Source: an uncultured Candidatus Micrarchaeota archaeon
Lineage (GTDB): Archaea; Micrarchaeota; Micrarchaeia; Norongarragalinales; CAINOH01
Assembly: GCA_903851445.1 (NCBI GenBank)
Contig: CAINOH010000009.1
Coordinates: 23,908 to 87,907, forward strand
DNA length: 64,000 bases
Direction: 5' to 3'
In this document: positions 18,043 to 26,424 of the stretch, one piece after another
Numbering within the stretch: position 1 is the first letter of the stretch
How the letters are laid out: every line of letters starts with the position of its first letter
The notes under the pieces: generated by a model
Told to the model about the DNA's origin: nothing
The model's input: the letters and a program-made list of their open reading frames with translations, nothing else
Database searches by the model: none
Position numbers and translations under genes: made by a program

Positions 18043-18420
18043 GTGATTGGGACTATGATGAGGCGCGGCCAGGGGGCATTTGAGTACATCCTGATGCTGT
18101 CCGGGGTGATTCTCGTGGTCATAATCATCCTGCTCATACTGCAGGGCAGCATCTCATCCACAAACAACACGCTTGCGGACAACGAGAACAAGTTTGGAAC
18201 CTATACGACGGTCGACTTTGACAACCACCGGACGCCCAACCTGTACGTGGCTGAGCAGACGGGTACTACCACAATAACAAACACGCCCTGCTGCTCGAAC
18301 GTGAACTCGTCTACAGTAAAATGCTACGGCCCGAACAGCGTATCGAGCACCACCATATGCAGCGCAAACATCACGTGCCCGTCGAAATACTTCAACAACG
18401 CAACTGGCACCTGCGGCTGA
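18043..18420 (+). CDS. Cysteine-rich mini-pilin (family member 3)
   Basis: ...MMRRGQGAFEYILMLSGVILVVIIILLILQGSISSTNNTL...PCCSNVNSSTVKCYG...CSANITCPSKYFNNATGTCG. Confidence 0.7.
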   Translation: MIGTMMRRGQGAFEYILMLSGVILVVIIILLILQGSISSTNNTLADNENKFGTYTTVDFDNHRTPNLYVAEQTGTTTITNTPCCSNVNSSTVKCYGPNSVSSTTICSANITCPSKYFNNATGTCG

Positions 18421-18482
18421 GAAAGAAATAATATAAAAAAAACATTAGCTATAGCAGGAACTTTACTACGAGGAGAATAAAA

Positions 18483-18830
18483 TTGCGGCGCGGGCAGAAC
18501 TATTACGGGATAATGCTCGTGTGCGTGCTCGCGCTCACCCTCGGCACCATCTTCCTGCTTTCACAGGCGCCGCCGGCAATCAACGCCTCGCTTTCAAGCT
18601 CGCAGGACAGGCTTGACAACGGCTCGATTTCGGGGGTTGCACCCCAAGGCGACGCGGACCTTCTTGTGCTAAGGCGCACGGGCAACGTCGCAGTCGACTC
18701 CGCCATTCCCTGCTGCGCGAACGCCAAAAGCGGATGTGGTGGAAACGCGGCCAACTGCACCTATTCAAATGGCAACAGCCTGTCGTGCTTTTCCCGGCTT
18801 TTCGACACTGACGCCGGCTCTTGCGCATAG
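18483..18830 (+). CDS. Cysteine-rich mini-pilin (divergent family member 4; TTG start)
   Basis: MRRGQNYYGIMLVCVLALTLGTIFLL...PCCANAKSGCGGNAANCTYSNGNSLSCFSRLFDTDAGSCA. An aggagaataaaa motif lies upstream. Confidence 0.55.
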   Translation: MRRGQNYYGIMLVCVLALTLGTIFLLSQAPPAINASLSSSQDRLDNGSISGVAPQGDADLLVLRRTGNVAVDSAIPCCANAKSGCGGNAANCTYSNGNSLSCFSRLFDTDAGSCA

Positions 18831-18892
18831 CAAGAATACGCCGCGGATGTTTTCTGCAAAGAATATTAAGCGCTGCAAGAGTAGCGAATAAT

Positions 18893-19078
18893 ATGAAGCG
18901 GAAAGGCCTTGGGCAGCGCGGGCAGACGTCGACGGAGTACATGCTGCTCATAGCCCTCGGCCTGACAATAGTGATTGTCTCGATCGCAATAGCAACCCAG
19001 ATCAAGGGGATGACCGACTCGCTTCTGGTGCGCGCGCAGGTTGAGCGCGAGTCCACAATCTCTATGATTGTGCGCTGA
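18893..19078 (+). CDS. Minor pilin-like protein (61 aa)
   Basis: MKRKGLGQRGQTSTEYMLLIALGLTIVIVSIAIATQIKG... Confidence 0.55.
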   Translation: MKRKGLGQRGQTSTEYMLLIALGLTIVIVSIAIATQIKGMTDSLLVRAQVERESTISMIVR

Positions 19079-19139
19079 TTGTTTCCCAGCAAGGGCGTTG
19101 CTTCAAAACCAATATTAGTACCCGCAGGCCACACTTTGC

Positions 19140-20183
19140 TTGACAACACTTATGACGGACTTCCTGCTTTTCGCCTTTGCAGCTGCCTATTGCGCAACCG
19201 CCTGCTACATTGACATCAGGCATAGGACAATACCGGACTGGCTCACTTACGGCGGCATCGCAGCCGGGCTTGCCCTTGGCGGCCTCAACTGCCTTGCCCT
19301 GGGAGGTGCCTTTGCTTTGCAATACACGCTGATGCTTGCAACCGCGCTTGCCCTGGGCTACCTCCTGTTCGCCCTTGGCGTGTGGGCCGGCGGCGACGCA
19401 AAATTATTCTGGGCGTTTGCCGCGCTGCTTGGCGCTGCAAGCCGTGCAGACGTGCTCCTTCCGGTTGTGCTGTTTGCGGCCTCGGCGCTGCTTTTCCTTG
19501 CCTGGACGTTCGTTTCGAACGCGGGAACCATACTGAAGAAAAGAAGGGAGTGCACGCGAATAGCTGTTGATTCGGCAGCAAAGGCAGTTGGCGCGGCGGC
19601 AGTTGCCTCGCTTTTTGCCAGCGGCCTTGGCGCGGATTACATCCTTGCGGCAATCGTTGCAGTTGCATTTCTTCTTGTGCAGCTGCCGAAATACGCCTGG
19701 CTGGCGATATTGCTTGTTGCGCTTGCCTTGAACGCCGACGCAACCACAGTCGCGTTCCCGCTCTCCTTTTTGCTTGCATCCGCAATAGGGACGGTGGCGG
19801 GAATAGGCTCGAAAGTCATTGCGCCCAGCCTCACCTACAAAGTGCGCAAGGCCGACCTTGAGGAAGGGATGCTGCCAGCGTACACGGTGATTGAAAATAA
19901 CGGCAAGGCGGTGCTGTTTCGGCCAATGTTCGACTTGGGCGGAATAATCAAGGCAGCACGAAAGGAAAGCGATGTGAAAAAAATCCTCCAAAAAGCGGGT
20001 GCGATTCCGCCTGCCGGCTCAAAAATAGTCGCGGATTCCGCAGACGCGGCCGGGCTTGAAGCTTCGCAATTGCAGAGGTTAAAAAAGCTGGGAAATGTTA
20101 GATGGTTGCAAGTGCGGAGGACAACGGCATTCGCGCCGGTCCTTTGCGTTTGCTTTCTTGCGGCGCTTGCCGGGTTGTTCTGA
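19140..20183 (+). CDS. Prepilin/preflagellin peptidase (A24 aspartic peptidase, PibD/FlaK-like) with a C-terminal extension
   Basis: Two catalytic Asp motifs at canonical spacing: CYIDIRHRTIPD (D~24) and GVWAGGDAKLFWAF (GGDxK, D~86). Eight or more TM helices. TTG start. Confidence 0.75.
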   Translation: MTTLMTDFLLFAFAAAYCATACYIDIRHRTIPDWLTYGGIAAGLALGGLNCLALGGAFALQYTLMLATALALGYLLFALGVWAGGDAKLFWAFAALLGAASRADVLLPVVLFAASALLFLAWTFVSNAGTILKKRRECTRIAVDSAAKAVGAAAVASLFASGLGADYILAAIVAVAFLLVQLPKYAWLAILLVALALNADATTVAFPLSFLLASAIGTVAGIGSKVIAPSLTYKVRKADLEEGMLPAYTVIENNGKAVLFRPMFDLGGIIKAARKESDVKKILQKAGAIPPAGSKIVADSADAAGLEASQLQRLKKLGNVRWLQVRRTTAFAPVLCVCFLAALAGLF

Positions 20184-20196
20184 AGGGTAGACGAAG

Positions 20197-20625
20197 ATGC
20201 GCGGACAGGTCGGGCTGGAATTCTTCCTAATACTGGGCTTCTGCCTTGCAATGCTCACAATACTGATTTCGGACTCGGAGCGGGAGATAACCGAGAACGA
20301 AAAGCTTGACACTGCCGTGCTTTCGCTTTCAGCGCTGAACTCGGTGTCCAACGCAATCAACATCGTTGCCTTGCAGGGCAACGGCGCACAGTTGGCAGTT
20401 AGCGCGTTCGTGCCGTCAAAAAGCAAGTGCTACCTGCCGGTTGCTTCAGAGCAGCGGCTTGCTTGCGACATCGGCGACGCGTACGGCCGGCGCGTGTACG
20501 GGATGAGGCTGATGGCGATGCCGGACACCATCAACGATGCGTGCTACACCACGTACGGCTGGATGGACGTTACCGTGAAGAAGGCGGCCGGAAAGATTGA
20601 AATCTACTGCTCGGGGCAGGCGTGA
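20197..20625 (+). CDS. Class III signal peptide pilin-like protein
   Basis: MRGQVGLEFFLILGFCLAMLTILI...; Cys pairs in the C-terminal part. Confidence 0.6.
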   Translation: MRGQVGLEFFLILGFCLAMLTILISDSEREITENEKLDTAVLSLSALNSVSNAINIVALQGNGAQLAVSAFVPSKSKCYLPVASEQRLACDIGDAYGRRVYGMRLMAMPDTINDACYTTYGWMDVTVKKAAGKIEIYCSGQA

Positions 20626-20632
20626 GCGGCTT

Positions 20633-21055
20633 ATGCTTTCTGGAAGGGACGGAAAACGCGCGCAGACCTCGGTAGAGTACATGATGGCGCTTGCGATGAC
20701 CCTCGTGATCGTTGCGGCCATCATGGTCGGCGGGTTCCGCGAGCTCGAGCTTGACCTTGCGCTTGGCGCTGCAAGGATGGGCGGCACCGACTTTACCGCC
20801 GGGAACCCGGGCTACACGCTTGGAAGGGTTGACTTTACCCTTAACGAGAGTGAAAACACCATTAATGTCACGCCGCACTTCTACCTTCGCGGCGCAAGCA
20901 CGATCCCGGACGAGGACAGGATTACGGCCGGGTCCCTATGCTTTTCCAAGATACGAAGCGTGTTCCAGCCAGGCAACTTAAGCCCGAGCGCGGACTATTG
21001 TTTTGACGCGACTTACCGGCGCTACTGCGTCACTCCGGTAATGGCGCCGGCATAG
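20633..21055 (+). CDS. Class III signal peptide pilin-like protein
   Basis: MLSGRDGKRAQTSVEYMMALAMTLVIVAAIMVGG... Confidence 0.55.
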   Translation: MLSGRDGKRAQTSVEYMMALAMTLVIVAAIMVGGFRELELDLALGAARMGGTDFTAGNPGYTLGRVDFTLNESENTINVTPHFYLRGASTIPDEDRITAGSLCFSKIRSVFQPGNLSPSADYCFDATYRRYCVTPVMAPA

Positions 21056-21063
21056 GTGAGACG

Positions 21064-21600
21064 ATGAGACTGCTTCCAACTGACGACGTTTCAAGGTTCC
21101 AGCTTTTCTCGCTGCTTTTCCTCGCGGCCATACTCGCGTCCACGTTCATAGGCACGTACGCGTTTGCGGCCACGCTCCTGCTGTTTGGAATCCTTTGCCT
21201 CTTCCTAGCGCAGCCGCTTGCGCAGGCGCAGAGGAAACAGGCGTACGCGCTGTTCTGTATATTCGGCCTCTTCGGCCTTGGCGCGCTCTTGGGAAGCCTG
21301 TTAGTAGCTTCACCCGCCCAGGCGCTCGGCTTTTTCCCGCTGTTGATTGTTGGTTTTCTTGCCCTGTACGCAGTAGTCAAGCTCTACGTGGTAAGCGGTG
21401 ATGCGGAGTGCAAAGTCATCGGCTACTCCGAAGGCTACGCGATAGTCGATGTCGCACCGTCGGTGCTGGCGGCAATCCCGCCGGGAATCCACGCGGTAAA
21501 AAGCAGGCCTGTTGCGAAGGGAAGGAAGGCGCGGCTTGTCTTTGAGCGCAAGCTTTTCGGCTCCGCGTCAAAGCCAACCGGCCTTGAGACGCACTCCTGA
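21064..21600 (+). CDS. Polytopic membrane protein of unknown function inside the pilin island
   Basis: Four to five TM helices then a ~60 aa soluble tail. No class III motif. Confidence 0.4.
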   Translation: MRLLPTDDVSRFQLFSLLFLAAILASTFIGTYAFAATLLLFGILCLFLAQPLAQAQRKQAYALFCIFGLFGLGALLGSLLVASPAQALGFFPLLIVGFLALYAVVKLYVVSGDAECKVIGYSEGYAIVDVAPSVLAAIPPGIHAVKSRPVAKGRKARLVFERKLFGSASKPTGLETHS

Positions 21601-21694
21601 TTTTTGCCTAATGTTAAACGTGGGAAAAGTTGGGCCGCCACCAGCGTTGCCCTTTCGGCAGTTTTTTATCGTGCAGCATAATACTTCCTTTGCG

Positions 21695-22168
21695 ATGAGG
21701 GGACAGATGGCGTTGGAGTTCTTTTTTGCAATGGCGCTAGTCTACCTTTCGGTCTCCTGGCTGGTCAACTACCTTAATGCGGGCTACGACTCCGGCAGGT
21801 TCCTCGCATTGCGAGAGGAAAAACTTGTTGCTGCTGAAATCGCCGGCCTTGCAAACAGCGCCTGCGTGTCAAACTTGAGCGCGACAATCAACGCGCCGTG
21901 CATGACGTACATTGGAAAACCAACCGGCTACTGGCTTTACACCGACGGCAACAGGCTCATAGTCAATACCTCACTCGCGCCAGAGGCTGCGAGGGCAGTG
22001 GCGGTCTGTGATGTTTACGCCAACCTGACGGAATACAACGCGACTTTTGGCGTGTTCGAGCAGCAGCAAATGGCCTGTGATGCCAACACTTTCGAAGGCA
22101 CAGAGATATGCGTCCGGCCGGACGGCACGGGAAAGGTCGGCCTCTCAATGGGGCGGTGCACGTCATGA
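21695..22168 (+). CDS. Class III signal peptide pilin-like protein
   Basis: MRGQMALEFFFAMALVYLSVSWLV...; several Cys. The internal ATG is chosen over the long ORF from 21512. Confidence 0.55.
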   Translation: MRGQMALEFFFAMALVYLSVSWLVNYLNAGYDSGRFLALREEKLVAAEIAGLANSACVSNLSATINAPCMTYIGKPTGYWLYTDGNRLIVNTSLAPEAARAVAVCDVYANLTEYNATFGVFEQQQMACDANTFEGTEICVRPDGTGKVGLSMGRCTS

Positions 22169-22569
22169 GCCACTACCGCCGCAAGGCCAGGCGTGCGCAG
22201 TTCTTCTCGGCAGACTTTGTAGTTGCAACGGTAACGCTGTGCTTTGCGCTCGGGTTCCTCCTGCACTCCGGCCAGCTTTCGCTTGACAGTTTCTCAAAAT
22301 ACGGCCAGCACGACAACAACATAGCCGAGACAGTTGCCGCAAGCCTTACAACGCCCGGCGCGCTGCCGGTTGCTCCGGCAAAAATGCCGCATACTTGCTG
22401 GGAATACGACAACGGGACGAATTCGACACCGGACTGCGCGTCGGTAATTGACGGCACCGGCGGGTGCGCTGGCCGCAAGATGGACACATATTCCGCAAGC
22501 AGGCTTGTCGCGTGCGGAAACTCGGCGTGCCTTTTGACTGTAAGAAGCTGCGATGTGGTTGTGCAATGA
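22165..22569 (+). CDS. Pilin-like / signal-anchored secreted protein
   Basis: MSHYRRKARRAQFFSADFVVATVTLCFALGFLL...; Cys-rich; start overlaps the previous stop. Confidence 0.5.
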   Translation: MSHYRRKARRAQFFSADFVVATVTLCFALGFLLHSGQLSLDSFSKYGQHDNNIAETVAASLTTPGALPVAPAKMPHTCWEYDNGTNSTPDCASVIDGTGGCAGRKMDTYSASRLVACGNSACLLTVRSCDVVVQ

Positions 22570-22994
22570 GACGGGCGTTCATCTTCACTGCTGACGCGAT
22601 TTTTGCGCTGATGATGCTGGGCGCGGTGGCGCTCATGTTTACAGTGTACGCGACGCAGCCGGAGTATTCTGCCAAGACGACCCTCTTGCAGGCCATTGCC
22701 TATGACTATGCAACGCTTTCACTGCCGCCGGTGAACCTTGACGAGAGCACGTTCAAGGCAAAGACGGGCTTTGACGTTTACGTCTCGGAGGGCGCGGTGC
22801 CAAACGCAAGGCAAATCGTGGTGCGGGCGACAAAGTACGCGTACAACAACTCGTGCAACAGCAAGGACTGCAGCAAAAACTGCAGCATTACCAAGGCCGA
22901 TGCGACCGGGTCGGGCGGGTACGGCTGCCTTACAAACCAGGCGCTTGACCGGTTCGGCATAATCAGCACAAAAGCGTGGGTGGCTACCCCATGA
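22566..22994 (+). CDS. Pilin-like / signal-anchored secreted protein
   Basis: MRRAFIFTADAIFALMMLGAVALMFTVY...; ATGA overlap with the neighbour. Confidence 0.5.
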   Translation: MRRAFIFTADAIFALMMLGAVALMFTVYATQPEYSAKTTLLQAIAYDYATLSLPPVNLDESTFKAKTGFDVYVSEGAVPNARQIVVRATKYAYNNSCNSKDCSKNCSITKADATGSGGYGCLTNQALDRFGIISTKAWVATP

Positions 22995-23614
22995 AGGGAA
23001 TGTTCTCTTTCGCAGTGGCAATGTTCGCCTCACTGGTTCTCTTCTACTTCGTGGCCAGTGTGGTTTCCATCTCGGAATACCAGGCCATCGGCCAGAAGCG
23101 GCTGCAGGTGCAGGTGCTCTCGCAGGCCTACGGCGACGCGACTGGAGTTTATGACGATGCAGTAATGGATGCGATACTCGATTCGGCTTACTCGTCAGAT
23201 GATGCCAACGCCTGCAATGGCGCTACGGGCGCGCTTTCAAGCAAGCTTGCCACTAAGGTGCAGTCGTATGTTGACCACACCACCACCAACCTTTCAGCAG
23301 CGTTCGATGGCACCGCAACCGCCGCCACGTCCTGGCCCGCATCGGGCCTCTACGTTGACATTTCCCCTGGCCAGCAGACGCTGGCCCCGTCGTGCAAGGC
23401 AGCAGCGGACGCGAGCCTCGTCCTGAATCGCGTGAATGCAACCGTGGCTTTCCCGCTCAACGTCACTTCAGCCGACGGGTCAACAGGCGCGGTGTCAAAG
23501 CAGTTCAATCGCTCCTACGAAATACTGACCAACTACTCCGCCGCGAGCAATTCGTTCACAATTCTGGTCCGGCGCAACGGCGTTGACATGCGCTGCGTCA
23601 ACGTCGCCTGCTGA
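22991..23614 (+). CDS. Signal-anchored secreted protein (pilus-associated?)
   Basis: MKGMFSFAVAMFASLVLFYFVASVVSI...; ATGA overlap with the previous gene. Confidence 0.45.
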   Translation: MKGMFSFAVAMFASLVLFYFVASVVSISEYQAIGQKRLQVQVLSQAYGDATGVYDDAVMDAILDSAYSSDDANACNGATGALSSKLATKVQSYVDHTTTNLSAAFDGTATAATSWPASGLYVDISPGQQTLAPSCKAAADASLVLNRVNATVAFPLNVTSADGSTGAVSKQFNRSYEILTNYSAASNSFTILVRRNGVDMRCVNVAC

Positions 23615-23692
23615 ACTCGTTTCCTTCCCTCACCAAAACGGTTAAATCGGCTTGCAGGCACTAAGAGTCAATAGGGGAAAAGGGGGATTGTC

Positions 23693-24337
23693 GTGGACCG
23701 CCGGTCGGTCACTTTCGCAATACTGGTCGTTGTAGTGCTGATAGCCGTTGCCATGCTCACTACACCGCCCCGGAACACCGCATTCACATCAAAGGACGCG
23801 GTTGACGCGAGCTTGAAGGATGCCCAGCAGTTCGCGGCAGTCGGTTATCCTGGCGCGGAGACTTACATCGAAGTGACGTCGGCATCCAACGCATCGGGAA
23901 AGTGGAAGGTCGAGATGCGCCTTTCAATTGCACCGCACTCGCGGTGCCCTGCGATGCAGAAGCTGTACTACGAGATGTTTCCGGTTACTTTGCGCAACGA
24001 GACGGTTGTTGCGGCCAACGACTGCCACGCTAGGCCAATCAGCGTTGCGCCGGACGCGATAGTTGACTCTTATGCTGACTCGGCAGGCGCAAGGCAGGCA
24101 CAATCAATAGGGTATGCCGCTTGCGCTTTCCAAATCCCGCTTTCGGATGTTGCCGCTGCGACAAACTATTGCCCTGCTGTTGACAATGCGTCCATTGCGG
24201 ATTTTGCATCAAGTAATGCGCTCAAGGACGGCTCGTGGGTGGTGCAGTGGTACAGGAAGGCCTCTGACAGCTACCTGGTGGCGCTGGACTCCTCCGGGAG
24301 CCTGCTTGCCGAGGGCAACTACGCACCCAGGACGTAA
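23693..24337 (+). CDS. Signal-anchored secreted protein
   Basis: GTG start; MDRRSVTFAILVVVVLIAVAMLTTP... then a Cys-containing ectodomain. Confidence 0.45.
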   Translation: MDRRSVTFAILVVVVLIAVAMLTTPPRNTAFTSKDAVDASLKDAQQFAAVGYPGAETYIEVTSASNASGKWKVEMRLSIAPHSRCPAMQKLYYEMFPVTLRNETVVAANDCHARPISVAPDAIVDSYADSAGARQAQSIGYAACAFQIPLSDVAAATNYCPAVDNASIADFASSNALKDGSWVVQWYRKASDSYLVALDSSGSLLAEGNYAPRT

Positions 24338-24386
24338 GCGCGGGCTGCCAAACCCGTTTTTATTTTCAGCCAGTGTAAACCAGTAG

Positions 24387-24539
24387 ATGAAAAAATCGTG
24401 CCGCGGCCAGACCGCCACCGAGATGCTGCTGATAATCGCGTTCGTGGTGTTTATCGCCGCCATTGCAATAGTAATGTCCACCCAAGTGGTCGCAGGCATG
24501 GCCAACTCGGTGAGCAACGTCACGATCATACCAAAATAG
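24387..24539 (+). CDS. 50-aa mini-pilin with class III signal peptide (below the ORF-track cutoff)
   Basis: Own translation: MKKSCRGQTATEMLLIIAFVVFIAAIAIVMSTQVVAGMANSVSNVTIIPK*. R-G-Q, E at +5, hydrophobic helix; followed by a T-run at 24551-24557. Confidence 0.55.
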   Translation: MKKSCRGQTATEMLLIIAFVVFIAAIAIVMSTQVVAGMANSVSNVTIIPK

Positions 24540-24563
24540 GCGCTTGGCGGTTTTTTGCCGTGA

Positions 24564-26336
24564 TTACTCGTAGTAGTACTCGCCGGACTTCTTCTGCTCC
24601 GCGTCCTTCTGGCTTCCTTCCTTGTTTGCGCGCGGCCGGCCTGTTGACTCGTCGCGGCGGAAAGTGATTTCGAACGACTTGAGGAAGGAGTTCATCCCGC
24701 TGCGCATTGCAACAGGTGCGCCCGCAAGACCCTCTGCTGACGGGGTCCCGGAGAACACTATGAGCCTGTCCGAGACCGAGTCCACCAGCACGAGGTCATG
24801 GTCTATCACGAACGCGTTCTTTCCGCTGTCCGCAATCATCCTGCGCAGTATCTCCGCAACGCGGAGCCGCTGCTCGACGTCAAGGAAGGCCGACGGCTCG
24901 TCAAGCAGGTAGATGTCCGCCTTGCGCGAGAGGCACAGCGCGACATTGACGCGCTGGAGCTCGCCGCCTGAAAGCGCCCTGACCTTTTTTTCCTCAAGCT
25001 CGTCCATAGACAGCGCGGTCCGAAGCTCGGATGAGTAGACTGCTGCGTCGAATGCGGGGTCGGACTCGAAAAATTCCCGGACGTTGCCGTCGAAGTCCTG
25101 AGTAAGGTACTGCGGCTTGTAGGAAATGACCTTCTTGCCAAGGCCCACCTTGCCTCCATCGGATTCAAGCTCTCCTGCGAGCATCCGGATGAACGTGGTC
25201 TTGCCAACTGCGTTGGGCCCCAGGATGCCGATTATTTCCGACTCGTAGACTTTGCCCGCCTCCGCGGACATTCGGAAGCCCTTGAATGTCTTTTCGCACG
25301 CGGGGTACTCGAATGCAAGCAGGCCCTTGTTCGTGTTGAGGTGGGTTGCTGTTGAGAACTTGATCTGGTGGTCGCGAAAACGCACGTTCTCCTCCGGAAG
25401 GTACCCTGCCAGGAAGTCGTTGATGCCGTTGCGCGAGCCCTTAAGCTGCGACACTACCCCATAGGCCCCGCGAAAACCATAGAGGACGTGCACGTAATCG
25501 GAAAGGTAGTCAAGGAGCGCCAGGTCGTGCTCGACTACGACCATCGGCCGATCCCCGGATTTTGCCTTTATTGCCTTTGCCGCCTTGAGCCGCTCGCTCA
25601 CGTCCAAGTATGACGAGGGCTCGTCAAGGCAGTACACTTGTGCGTCCCGTCCTAGGCAGCACGCTATTGCAAGCCGCTGCAGCTCGCCGCCTGAAAGCTG
25701 GGAGGTCTTGCGGTCGAGGATTGCAAAAAGGTTGAACTGGATGCAAATTGCGTCGAAGTCCTTCTTCTTGGGAACTGTTGCAGACAGGAGCTCGCGCGCA
25801 GTGGTCTTGCCTGACGCGAGCCTGTTCACGTCCTGCAGCTTGTGCGAGAATGAGATTTTGCCTTCCTTGAGCCTCTGCAGGTACCCCTGGATTTCCTGGC
25901 CGCGGACAGCGAGCTTGATTTGCTCGAATGACGGCGGGTTTGCATAGTTGCCCATGTTGGGGGAAAGGCTACCGCGCATGAGGTTCACAGCAGTGCTTTT
26001 GCCTATGCCGTTTACACCGATGATTCCAACCACTGAATTTTCCTTCGGGAGCAAGAACCCGTAGAGGCGGAAGGTGTTGGGGCCGTACTGGTAGCTTGGC
26101 GTGTCAAGCTCGCCCACCAGGTTCACTATCTTGATTGCGCCGGGCTGCGCCCGCTTTACGCACAGCCCGCAGCCGGTGCACAGCGACTCATCTATGACTG
26201 GCAGGCCCTCCGGGTCGAGGCTGATTGCGTTTCGGCCCATCCGCACCTCCGGGCACGCCTTGACGCACTCGTAGGCAAGCTGGGGCGAGTCGAACTTCTG
26301 CCGGTCAATCACTGCGATGCGGTGCTTCTGTGCCAT
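24564..26336 (-). CDS. abce1: ABCE1/RLI ribosome-recycling ATPase
   Basis: N-terminal 2x[4Fe-4S] domain (CVKACPEV...CTGCGLCVKRAQPGAI) followed by two ABC cassettes (GPNAVGKTT, LSGGELQR, twice). Confidence 0.92.
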   Translation of the reverse strand: MAQKHRIAVIDRQKFDSPQLAYECVKACPEVRMGRNAISLDPEGLPVIDESLCTGCGLCVKRAQPGAIKIVNLVGELDTPSYQYGPNTFRLYGFLLPKENSVVGIIGVNGIGKSTAVNLMRGSLSPNMGNYANPPSFEQIKLAVRGQEIQGYLQRLKEGKISFSHKLQDVNRLASGKTTARELLSATVPKKKDFDAICIQFNLFAILDRKTSQLSGGELQRLAIACCLGRDAQVYCLDEPSSYLDVSERLKAAKAIKAKSGDRPMVVVEHDLALLDYLSDYVHVLYGFRGAYGVVSQLKGSRNGINDFLAGYLPEENVRFRDHQIKFSTATHLNTNKGLLAFEYPACEKTFKGFRMSAEAGKVYESEIIGILGPNAVGKTTFIRMLAGELESDGGKVGLGKKVISYKPQYLTQDFDGNVREFFESDPAFDAAVYSSELRTALSMDELEEKKVRALSGGELQRVNVALCLSRKADIYLLDEPSAFLDVEQRLRVAEILRRMIADSGKNAFVIDHDLVLVDSVSDRLIVFSGTPSAEGLAGAPVAMRSGMNSFLKSFEITFRRDESTGRPRANKEGSQKDAEQKKSGEYYYE

Positions 26337-26424
26337 TGTGCTATCAACACTAACTCCTATATTTGAACAGGATAATACTTCTTCAAGCCAAATAAATTAA
26401 CTGTTCGCACGAAGGAAGAAAGCC

